Assembly: GCA_040954595.2 (NCBI GenBank) | Contig: CM082577.2 | Coordinates: 10,007,846-10,071,845 of the forward strand | Source: Balanoglossus misakiensis | Lineage: Eukaryota; Animalia; Hemichordata | Direction of reading: 5' to 3' | DNA: 64,000 nucleotides | Shown here: in pieces, positions 46,539 to 57,543 of the stretch | Numbering within the stretch: position 1 is the stretch's first letter | Layout of the letters: each line of letters starts with the position of its first letter | Notes under the pieces: model-generated | What the model was told of the DNA's origin: nothing | The model's input: the letters and a program-made list of their open reading frames with translations, nothing else | Databases searched by the model: none | Made by a program: the position numbers and the translations under genes

Positions 46539-46927
46539 AAAACTGAAATCCACAGTGCTGTATGGGTTTTCCCCGGTCAGTCACCTCAGCAATTAAACTT
46601 TGAACTGCTGAGGTGAGGGCGCTCTTAAAGTGAATACGACCGTCACTTAAAAGCGAAATGCTGACTTGTTTCGGGTAATTGCTTGTAATAGTGCTGGGAA
46701 AAGGTATAAAAGACAGTGTGCCCGTTTGTAAAATAATTTGCCTGCATCATGGGGCGGCATTAAAATTACCGTGACGTGCATGACGTCAACAGGAACATGA
46801 GGTCACGGTGTGTTTGTGGGTGTGTTACAGTTTAACACTTCCTTGTCTGAGTATAGTATAGGCGAAGGACGTAAATTAACGCCTGCCGTCATCTAAATCT
46901 AGAGGAAATTAGAAATCGAGATACTAG
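46539..46927 (+). promoter_or_regulatory. Putative promoter and non-coding first exon of the IFIT-like gene
   Basis: IRF-like AAAACTGAAA (46539) and AAAAGCGAAA (46649); kB-like GGGTTTTCCCC (46564); TATAAAA (46705); GC box (46751); CRE TGACGTCA (46781). A strong donor AG/GTAAGT follows 46927, with a matching acceptor at 47965 just before the ATG. Confidence 0.5.
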
Positions 46928-48013
46928 GTAAGTTGTTGTGGTTTTCTGGTGAATACGTCATCATAAAAATTTGACTAAACTGTCTGTGGAAAACTCAAAG
47001 TGGATATAATGGTTGTACTCCACTAAGCAATTCATTTCCTCTTTTAATATACTGATGTGTATAGTGCGTATCATTGTTTATCACATGATCTGGCCTTTCG
47101 CCAACTGTGTGACGTAGACCAGGTCGGATCAAAGTCCATATCACCCTTGTTCTAAGCCACCACTATTCACACTGATTCGCAGATCGACGTAGCTATCTTG
47201 TAAAATAATTAAAACAGAACTAACAGGCATTTAACGGTTTTTGAAGAAATCAAATAAAACAATTGACGGTTCCACGACTGTGTCACGACGGAATTTTTAC
47301 GTTCAGAGATCTTTTCTGTAATAATTGCATTCACCCAATGTGATTTAGGCTTATGTTGACAAAGATACTTGACCCAGAGTACGTGACAGGGCGAGATATC
47401 GCAGAGATATCACGCGTTAGGTTCATGTCATGTCTTGCATGGGTTCATGTGCTCCTGTTTATGCTGTGTTGGAAAACAGACCATAGATTTGGGGACACCA
47501 GAGAGGTTCTTGGTGCATTTTATGAGCTGACCTCTTCGTACAAAACCAAAATATGGAGAAGACAAATTCACGAAATTCGTGTCAAGGATTCTGTGCCACC
47601 TTTTGATCGGAACTGTTGCATTCATGTTTGACATAGATGCAAGTAGATGATATGTGACCGAAATGACATGTTGATGGCACCGATGGTTTAGACGTAAACA
47701 CAAGCATTTATAAAAGAACACACTGGTTATCCCCAGTGGTTGCCTGCTTGGCATGTGGGTTTACAAGATGCATGTGCATATGTACAGCATGGTGCATTTT
47801 CCGATACCGAAGTTGAACAAAAAGATTGATCATAGGGGCCTGGTACTGGTCAGACCTTGTTCCTTGCTTGCCATGAACTTTGCCTCAGATTTTCTTGGTG
47901 TGTAGATGATCGCAGCATTCTGTGAGCTAGCAGATAACGACTTTCAACTTTTGATTATCTTCTAGTGATTACGACAGTCATTATCAGCGAACATACAACC
48001 AACCCCATAAAGC

Positions 48014-51000
48014 ATGGGTTATTGGGCGAAACTGAAAAAACAATTAGAAGATCTCCCGTGTCACTTCACTTGGAGTCTTGAAGATGGCACAATCAGAGAA
48101 ATTAATGTATGTATGTATGTACAGTATGTATGTGTATGTATGTATGTATGTATGTATGTATGTATGTATGTATGTATGTATGTATGTATGTATGTATGTA
48201 TGTATGTATGTATGTATGTATGTATGCATGTATGTATGTATGTATGTATGTATGTATGTATGTATGTATGTATGTATGTATGTACAAAAAAATATTGATC
48301 AAAATGTACATGTAAAGCTCTATCAAAACCTGTTACGTTGAAAACGAGTAACACTTTCCTGGAAAACAGGCGTAGCTCAACCTGCTATTCGTGAGTCACT
48401 GCACAGTTCAACAGTTCATAAACGAATACGTGAAGCAAAATCGGGTTCCGACGATGAGGGCGCTGTCCAACACTCAACCGTCCCGCCGATTCGCTTGCAA
48501 ATCATTCCCACGAAGTTTCCACTTTCAATGAGAAATCCACAATTCGAGAACGCTCCGAGTGCATTCAAACGTGAAGTAAAGCTCGACGACAAAGCGCTGG
48601 TCAGTTCCGTGAACGACAAATCGACTATAGGGTCGAGTGTTCCTGCTCGTAATATGATTCGTCCAAAGTTTTAGACGTTGGGGGTTGAGTTGTGCGACTC
48701 GTTGCATTCCCCACGTCGAGCTAGCACGCCGAGGCTCAAAGAACCTTGAATGGCCGTAATTTCATCAAACCAAGTCCGATTTTCACACGACATGCGTTAA
48801 TGGAATCGCACTGACATCAGCTTTCAGTTTGTGACGTATCAAAGTTGAGAAACCCATTCATTATATTCTTTTTATTCATTTAGGACTTGAAGAACAGAGT
48901 AGATGAAAGCTACAAAGAGTATCCGGACAAACAGCAAGTGCCAATGCTAGCTCTGATAGGATATCTCAGAGTGTCTCCAATGAATCCGCTCAAGCAAATG
49001 GACTATGAAAGTGCCATTGCAAAATTGGAGGAAGCTCTTGAGGTAAATGACAAGGAGATACAATTAGACGAAGGGGCCGTGGGAGACAGGATTATCGTTC
49101 TTGCAGATTTGGCGTGGATTTATTTCAAAAAGGGTGACATTGGCAAAGCCAAGGAAAACTACAACGAAGTAAAGAAATTGTTAGAACAAAATGAAAGGTC
49201 GAAAGAGACAAGTGCTTACATGGATGCCCATGAAGCATTCGTCTCATGGTGGTTTAGTGTCAAAGTGTTTGACCGTGCTATTGCGCTCTATGAGAAAGCC
49301 TTAGAGTCCTATCCAAACAAGGAGCCATGGCTCTTTGAATTAGCTCTGCTTTTGGATAGAAAGAGCCGTAAGCCTGACGGAAGAAATGCAAAAGACAGAG
49401 TGGGAGAAATTGTAAAAAAGGTCGAAGAAATTGTAAAAAAAGTCATCGAATTAAATCCGAAACGAAGTTTGGCAAGAGTTATCTATGGCAAAATAATGTA
49501 CGGGCAGGGAGAAGAGAAACGTGCATTTAATGAATTCAATATGGCTTTAACGGAATCCCCGTGTAGCGTCACAGTTTTGCAAAGAATCGCGCAATTTTTA
49601 GGCCATATCAAGAAGCTTGATGTGGCATTAAAGCTTTTCGGTGATGCACTCGAACATGCTCCAGGGTCGTCTTTCATTCTGCATCAAATATCTCAGATAT
49701 ATAAGAGCAAGTACTTTGCTAATCGTTGTAAGGTAAGGGACGATTTGAAAAAAGCCTACGAATATTGTAAGGAAGCGGACGAGGCATCTGCAGGTACAAA
49801 TTTTCCGGCTGCGCGTGATTTGGCTTATCTCACTGGACAGATCGGAATACACGACAAGAATAAGAGTAAAATAGCTGACGCAAACACTTTGTTCAGTAGA
49901 TTGGTCAACGACGAAGAGTTGCCCGAGGCTGATAGGACTTCAGCTCATTTCAACTTCGGACAATTTTTTAGTAATCTATACAAATACCACAAAAAAGACA
50001 ATAGCCATATTGACAATGCTATCATGCATTACAATGAAGCTATCGTCACAAAGCAACCCAGTTGGACACGCAACAAAGCTTGTTCGGAAATTTTAGAAAT
50101 GACAAGATTCAAAAAAGACGCGCAGTCTTTGGAACTACGGGGCCTTGCTCAACAAACTTTAGGTAAAGTAAGTGAAGCTATTTCCATGTATGAGGGGGCA
50201 TATCAATTAGAACGTTCTTGTGAAACAGCCGTCGCCTTGTTCGATTTACATCTTGGTAACGGAAACTTACCGAAAGCTGAAACTTTCCTTTCTGCAGTCA
50301 AAAATAACGATCCCGAGCAATACACACATATGAGAGGGAGATATCACTTAGCGAGAGGTCAGCAGGAAAAGGATAAAGCCAGAAAAGAATTCTCGGTGTC
50401 TGCCGAGTTTGGTAACTTCGACGGTGCGTCAGCTCTTGTTGATATTTTGGCCAAATGTCATGAACACGAAAAATTTGAACAGGAATGGTTTCGGGATTGT
50501 GCCAAAGTGAAACGCGTTATCGAGGAACGCAACGCGACTGACAACAGCTCTATCGAAATCTTAAACGAAAGACTCGACTCGATCATGTTGCCACCAATAA
50601 AGCTACATGCATTTACTGAAGCATGTAACTTGTATATTAAATTTTGCTGTGATCAGCTAAGTGGAAACGACCCTGAGCAAACTGAGGCTGCCGTGAAAAT
50701 TTTGGAAGAACTGCGGAAGTCATTGGATCATACAATGACCAAATTCCAAGAACGCTTCTATCCAGACGCGCCCAACGGGAGGGATAATTACAGAGCAAAC
50801 TTTACTGTTTTAGATACGGAGAAGAAATTGAACAAAATGGTCGATGATATAGAAAGAGCAAAGGGTTATAATTGGCCTGAATTCGGATCGAAATACCCTG
50901 CTCTTGTGCAGAAATTGAAAGAATGTCAACCTGCCTATGATCCCAGTGACAAATGGCTGCATTACGTTTTTGAAATCACAAATACTGAGAAGCATAAAGA

Positions 51001-51190
51001 TAAAATCATGACATCAGAGACAGAGATCACTATTGACGGTGTATCGAAAAACGTTGTCCAGTTCTTACCGGAAGCCTTTATTAAGATCATCGACATAGTC
51101 CGTGTATTTTTTCGTGAAATTCAACGGGAAAAGGTTTCTGTGAAAGTGAATCTACTTGGAAGATACTTCTTTTTCTCAGACCTGATATAA
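48014..51190 (+). CDS. IFIT-like tetratricopeptide repeat protein with extra C-terminal domain, ~799 aa; exons 48014-48106 and 48884-51190
   Basis: The IFIT N-terminal signature LEDLPCHFTWSL joins in phase 0 to DLKNRVDE (compare vertebrate IFIT CHFTW....DLENRV). LADLAWIYFKKG and multiple TPR-like repeats follow, within a 2.3-kb open exon. Confidence 0.88.
48107..48283. repeat. (GTAT)n microsatellite beginning at the IFIT-like intron donor
   Basis: The GTAT run starts exactly at the GT of the intron. Confidence 0.95.
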
Positions 51191-52183
51191 ATACGCGCTT
51201 TACGCTTACATAAAATAGGAGATGGTTTATGGAAGTATTTCTAGAAACCATTCAAACGTAAAGTCCTGATTGTCTCGCTTAAGTTCCAGAATTGGCATAG
51301 ATTTTTGCGAATAATTTTCAAACACCAATATATGTTCATTGCTTATTACGTCTTAATGGTAATATTGAAAGCAGGCTAATCATCTAGTCGTAGACGGCAA
51401 AAAAACATCTGATCTGAAAAGAAAGTCTTCTATATATATACCTATATTTTAAATGTTTGTTTTGATTTGATTGATTGATTTTCTGTAAATGTAAATGTTC
51501 TGATTTTACAATTGTGACATTTTTAAGGGCCAAACTTCGTATTTCAGAGAATTTGACGATATACAAAGCTATATCCGATTAACTAGATTCGCAGGTTTTT
51601 GATTTAGGAACTCCCAACTGTTGACGTTATTCGCCTACTGTACTGTAAATAATTTCAACGTTGTAAAACAACATCTTATTTGTTGATATATTAAAACAAT
51701 GTGTGTAATATCTAAACGCCAACAGTTTGAATCATAGTTCTATCGAATTATCTTTATGTCCCTCACCATCTAACATAACCAGAATTCACATAAAAGTACA
51801 ATTTTAGTAGTTGTTTCCTTTGATATTCCATTTTATATTTTCTTTTCTGGTGAAATAGATCAAATCAAACTGAGTAAGTTTGTTTTAGCTCCAATTTTAA
51901 GGTTTACTATATGCTCCATATGTATGTGAAAATATGGGATTTGATGCCATTGAAATCTCTTTCATCGGTAAGAGTCAATTTAATTGGATGACGGTATACA
52001 CTCACTTGTAAACTGTAATCGATTTGTTTTGTTGACTTAACTTTCTTTTTAATGATTGGATTGTAAACTATTCGTTCTGTAAAAGTTAATGTGATTGGTT
52101 GACTTTACTTTATTGCACAGAAATGACTGGATTGTAAAAAAATTGTCAAGTAAATACATTTTATGAAAACAAAAAAAATGTAG

Positions 52184-52193
52184 TGTGTGTGTG

Positions 52194-52227
<34 letters not shown>

Positions 52228-52525
52228 TGTATGTATGTATGTATGTATGTATGTATGTATGTATGTATGTATGTATGTATGTATGTATGTATGTATGTAT
52301 GTATGTATGAATGTATGTATGTATGTATGTATGTATGTATGTATGTATGTATGTATGTATGTATGTATGTATGTATGTATGTATGTATGTATGTATGTAT
52401 GTATGTATGTATGTATGTATGTATGTATGTATGTATGTATGTATGTATGTATGTATGTATGTATGTATGTATGTATGTATGTATGTATGTATGTATGTAT
52501 GTATGTATGTATGTATGTATGTATG
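52184..52525. repeat. (GTAT)n microsatellite between convergent genes
   Basis: Long GTAT run. Confidence 0.98.
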
Positions 52526-52608
52526 CGAAGATGGCTGTCTCTGAATATAAACCAAACTCACAGGCATATTGTTAAACAAAAACTGGTGACGCTCGTAACT
52601 TTTGTTGC

Positions 52609-55197
52609 TCAAAGTTCAAAGGTCATTTCCAAGTCACTGTCTTTTAACCAGCTTCTGTAATGTTTATCGAAGCGGTCGTTCTCTTCGGCTGTGAAATAAG
52701 TCCTCCATCCCCCCGCGATTCCTGAGAACATAATAAAAAAATCTTATTGTTCAAATAATCAAATTTCGCTTCTCTTTTATGGAAGGTGTTTGTGCGTGAC
52801 CACATGTCTGTAGAATAACCAGCGCTAGAAGTCGTTTTCCACACTTCATGTTTTCCTGTGTGACACGGACAACGAATTTAAAGAGTTTTATCATGCGAAT
52901 TCAGTCCACCACAGCTGCAGTTTGGTTGTAAATAATTCGCATCAATATCTGACTCCAATCTCGATTGTCGTTTTTTTTTATTTCACACTTAATAAAACTT
53001 TATGTTGAGAAAAACAGTAAAAATACGATTGTAAAACATTGTCTTGCTACAGACTGAGCAAGTTTTATTTGAACAGCCAGGTGATCAAAACGTGATCGAC
53101 ATGTGTCATTTACCACAGAAATAGACATTTGGCAAACATGGCAAATGTTTTTGTTTCCCGTGTAAAAGCGTTTACTAAATAAGTACATCGACTTGCCTTT
53201 TCTCACAAACGGAGAAGCTTCTTCGGCCTTCACCAGAAGCTTGGCTTCACAGTAGCTGCTTTTCAGGGCCAACTTATTTTGCTTCATGTTCTTGAAGGTG
53301 CAGTGGTCGGTGATCTTTTCAACGACTTGCTCCGTCAAATGTACTTCTAAGAACTTGGCGATCTGTCGGACGCTACCAGCCAAGTCCTAATCGAGTAAAG
53401 CAAGCAGAGTTCAAGTTGGCGAGAAACATCCCAAATAGCATTTCAACACAATCTTCAAAAGGCTCTCTCCTTAAAAAATACCTGCACTGATATCAGAAAG
53501 TCTTAATTAAAGCAAAATTACATTTATAGTTTTTAAAAGAGCTGGTGTGTTTTCATACTGCTCTATAGGCTACGCGGTATTTCCACGGGACTATGCGTAT
53601 AATCCTTGTTTTCTGTGAAGTTACGCACTATAGCGGCCACTGTTTGTATTGTATATGTTCATTGTAATGTATTTAAATGGAATTGACCAAATGTTCTTGT
53701 ATAATAATACTATGGCATACACTTCCAATGGCGTGAACAACAAGCGAGATGACAGGGAAAAATAGTAACATCTCACAAAAAGCTGAACAGATACACAGTC
53801 ACTGGTGTTGCCATGGCAGTGGGGTTTCTATGACATCGTTGTTGTTCCCCATTGCATTGTTATGATGCGCGTAAATAGCACGATTTGGAATGTGTGATGT
53901 ACTATGTAATAGTGACAAACAAGCTTCAGATGATCTGGTGGAAAAGTGTGACACTTTTTTCATACGGGAACTTTGAACTTTTCATAATTAACGGTGTTAC
54001 ATTCATTGACATCACATCTTACCTTGAGCATGTCTTCGTATTTCAAGAACAACACATTCTTCTCGTGTCGCCTATCCCACCACTCCAGAACATGTTCGTG
54101 CCATTTGCTGCCATCATCTGCAAACATATAAGGCAGGAGTGAATTTGCTGTTGACAGTTAACGCTGTCTAAGATCATTTCTAGCCCGGTTGTTGCAGTAA
54201 CCGTGTTACTTTAGAACCAACCTGACGTCAATTAAATTCCTCCAATCGCATTTCAGTTCCTCCAGTGGGCGTTGTGACGTCACCATGGCTTCGACAAGGA
54301 AACGACACATACACGGACCGTAATGTAATGCGATGTGATTGCCTTCCCTTCTGAACTTAAGGAAGCCGGCGCGATGAGTAAAGACTAAAGACAATTTACC
54401 CAAGTACTCACATGTCATTGATTGATATCCTTCTCTGAATTCCAAGAAATCCGCGAGGAAATCGCCGAAATTTCTGTAGGGTTGGGCAGTTGTGTTTGCA
54501 CGTGACTCAAACAGCAACTGAACCATGTGGTACATCGATACAGCTACGTCTTTGGGATTGCGGGCCACATAGATTACCTTTATTTTGGGAGTAAAAAAAT
54601 GTAGAAGGCATTACATCGTTGTCCCTTCTCTACTGTGTTCATGGTTTCACAGTGCAAGTCTGCAATGTCAACCCAACCACACAACGAATGTCCATGCTGG
54701 TATGGTCCATGAAAAAAAATATTTTTTTTTTCAAAATAAATATAATGGTCACAGATAACGGTCAAGTATTATTATAATACACTCTTTACCAGCCAATTTA
54801 AACCACACGATTTCTTGACCTTCAAGTTTACATTTGTATTCGGCGGCCGCCGCCATATTCATCGCGAATAATCACCGTCTGGTGATGTTGAAGAGGACGC
54901 AACTTCGGTGCATGCATCGTTAAACATGCCATACCTTGACTTTCTTCTCCTCGATTGCTGTCGGCAGGAACTCCCGCCGCAAATGACTGCACAGTACCCT
55001 GGGCGACGCCATCTTGTCGAGGCAGAAGCCGTCCGGTACGAGGAAGTTCTTCTGAATTCCCGCGCACACTCGGTCCTCGTCGGCGGAGAGAGCAAATTCT
55101 ACGTACGGCACTCTGACGTCACACGGCACATCTTTAACGGCGTCGGTGTCTCCACCATTCAGAACAAGCGAGAGGATCTCTTTCATCCATGTTGTGC
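52609..55197 (-). CDS. Cytosolic sulfotransferase (SULT family), first coding exon not found; exons 55197-54935, 54577-54412, 54117-54023, 53386-53197, 52721-52609
   Basis: Motifs GTTWMKEIL, SPRVLCSHL, VIYVARNPKDVAVSMYH, WWDRRHEKNVLFLKYEDM, FVRKGIAGGWRTYFT. Phases are consistent; the last intron has a GC donor (AG/gcaagt). Confidence 0.88.
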
Positions 55198-55830
55198 CTA
55201 ATGGGGAATAGATTCATTCTAAATATTGCGTTGCGCAGTGTAATGCTCTTAAAGTAGCCCCTACACATTACATTACGATAGCAACACGCCAGAAATTTAA
55301 CATTAAGCCTATATATATACACTGTACATTTCGCCGCGTTAACAGTCGTGCCAGTGGCACTGTACGCTCTCATTTGATTAGAAATTTGCTCACATTTGAC
55401 ATGCTTACTACTTGGTATACGCCTGGTCAGCGTCTCTTTTAAACAAAAATGAGTAACACTTTCTCCCACGCCTCTCGCTCCACTGCGTCACTCCATATTC
55501 AGTCTCTGTCCAGGTTTAAATTGTAGTTTACCTGTCAATCTAATTACAGCCTTGTCATTGTGTACTGAAGACTTTTTCAATTGAACTAAGATGCTGTTTT
55601 CCGACTAATCATTTACAAAAGGCGAAACTAAAATAGGCCAAGTTTATAGTCTGCGTACAGTTTTCCTTTGTCCGATTTCCACACGAGGTACACACCTCGT
55701 TCGCGCATACAGATGACGATGAAAAGTTCGGATGAGCGCTGGATGAGGTGGGACAAACTAATGAGGCTTGACAATACGCACTGTCTGGTGGGCCACTTAA
55801 TAGTAGTACATAAATATAGCTGTGAACAGC

Positions 55831-57543
55831 AATAAGCGGGTTTCGAGACACTACTAGCCCTATTGGTTCGCTATCGGAGATAGATTTGTGCATATTTAAT
55901 TACTGCATTAGTTGTTCTATCACTCCAAATGCCAAGGGTGTATGTGCTGTGGATGCTGAGATGTCGAAAAGTAGGTCAAAGGTCACGTGAGGTCACGCTT
56001 AATATAAGCAGAAAATTGTTACGCTATACTGGTCCATGTCCAACAAAAACCAGACCTGTAGCCCTACTGGTTTGCCTGGAATTAGGTATGCACATAGTTA
56101 ATGAGTTGAGCAGGTGTCACAGGTGAGCCTTAAATTTGGCTTCTTATTTTGGTCCCATCCACCCAAACACCTGAGCTGTACCTGCTCTGGATGCTGAGAT
56201 ATGCGAAAGTAGGTCAAAGGTCACCCAAGGTCACCCAAAATTTGGGGAAAAAATTTGACCCCATACTGGTCCATGTCCGACAAAAACCAGACCTGTAGCC
56301 CTATTGGTTTGCCTGGAATTAGGTATGCACATAGTTAATGAGTTAAGCAGGTGTCACAGGTGAGCCTTAAATTTGGCTTCTTATTTTGGTCCCATCCACC
56401 CAAACACCTGAGCTGTACCTGCTCTGGATGCTGAGATATGCGAAAGTAGGTCAAAGGTCACCCAAGGTCACCCAAAATTTGGGGAAAAAATTTGACCCCA
56501 TACTGGTCCATGTCCGACAAATACCAGACCTGTAGCCCTATTGGTTTGCCTGGAATTAGGTATGCACATAATTAATGAGTTGAGCAGGTGTCACAGGTGA
56601 GCCTTAAATTTGGCTTCTTATTTTGGTCCCATCCACCCAAACACCTGAGCTGTACCTGCTCTGGATGCTGAGATATGCGAAAGTAGGTCAAAGGTCACCC
56701 AAGGTCACCCAAAATTTGGGGAAAAAATTTGACCCCATACTGGTCCATGTCCGACAAAAACCAGACCTGTAGCCCTATTGGTTTGCCTGGAATTAGGTAT
56801 GCACATAATTAATGAGTTGAGCAGGTGTCACAGGTGAGCCTTAAATTTGGCTTCTTATTTTGGTCCTATGCTGCAGACTATTGTACCGACCAGAATTCTA
56901 CAAAACTATGTGGCCATAGGTTAAGTATAGTGGAATAACTATAGGTATAGATTTCATAAAAAAATTAATATAAAAAAATCGGTCAATTTTCCATATTATT
57001 TTTTCCAGTTGGAACTGATTGTCGGAAGGTAGGCTAGCTGCACACAAAATTTGAAGCTGATCAGCCCAGCGGATGTTGAGATATTGAGCATAAATCTAAA
57101 ATCCTAGGGGGCCATTGCTTAACCATGGAAAGTATAGGCCAATGGCTGGGTCCAATGGTCATGGAAAATATGAAAAATAATGCTTTAAAAATCATCTCCT
57201 CAAAATCGGCAAGGACTTAGACATTGAAATTTGGCATATAGGAGCCTGGCCATATGGTCCACAAAGTTTCTGAACAGAATTTGGATTCTTCATTTTTTAT
57301 GCAAATTAGACCAATTTAAAAGTTTAAATCCAAGATGGCTGCCAGGTCATGTGACCTGTTGCCATAGTGACATGATCAAAAAATTACTTGCTTTGAGTTT
57401 TACCTATGAGCCAAATTTCAAGTCATTGGGTGCAACGGTCTTCGAATAGCGGCTGTTTTTAAAAGTGGGAAGAAGAATAATAATAATAAAAAACAACACG
57501 ATTTCAAGAGGGTTTCGAGACCCCTCTGGTCTCGAAACCCTAA
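55831..57543 (+). mobile_element. Non-autonomous Helentron/HINE-like element with internal tandem repeats
   Basis: 5' subterminal GGGTTTCGAGAC (55838), internal 237-bp tandem array, short (AAT)n tract, and a 3' hairpin AGGGTTTCGAGACC-cctct-GGTCTCGAAACCCT (57509-57541). Confidence 0.7.
55950..56866 (+). repeat. 237-bp tandem repeat, ~3.8 copies
   Basis: TACTGGTCCATGTCC at 56027, 56264, 56501 and 56738. Confidence 0.93.

Noticed and set aside
53191-53197. Missing GT donor in the sulfotransferase as a sign of pseudogenisation
   Set aside because: AG/GCAAGT is a standard GC-AG donor and the frame continues correctly.
55950-56866. Regular repeats as a possible CRISPR array
   Set aside because: The units are contiguous 237-bp repeats without unique spacers, in eukaryotic DNA with no cas genes.
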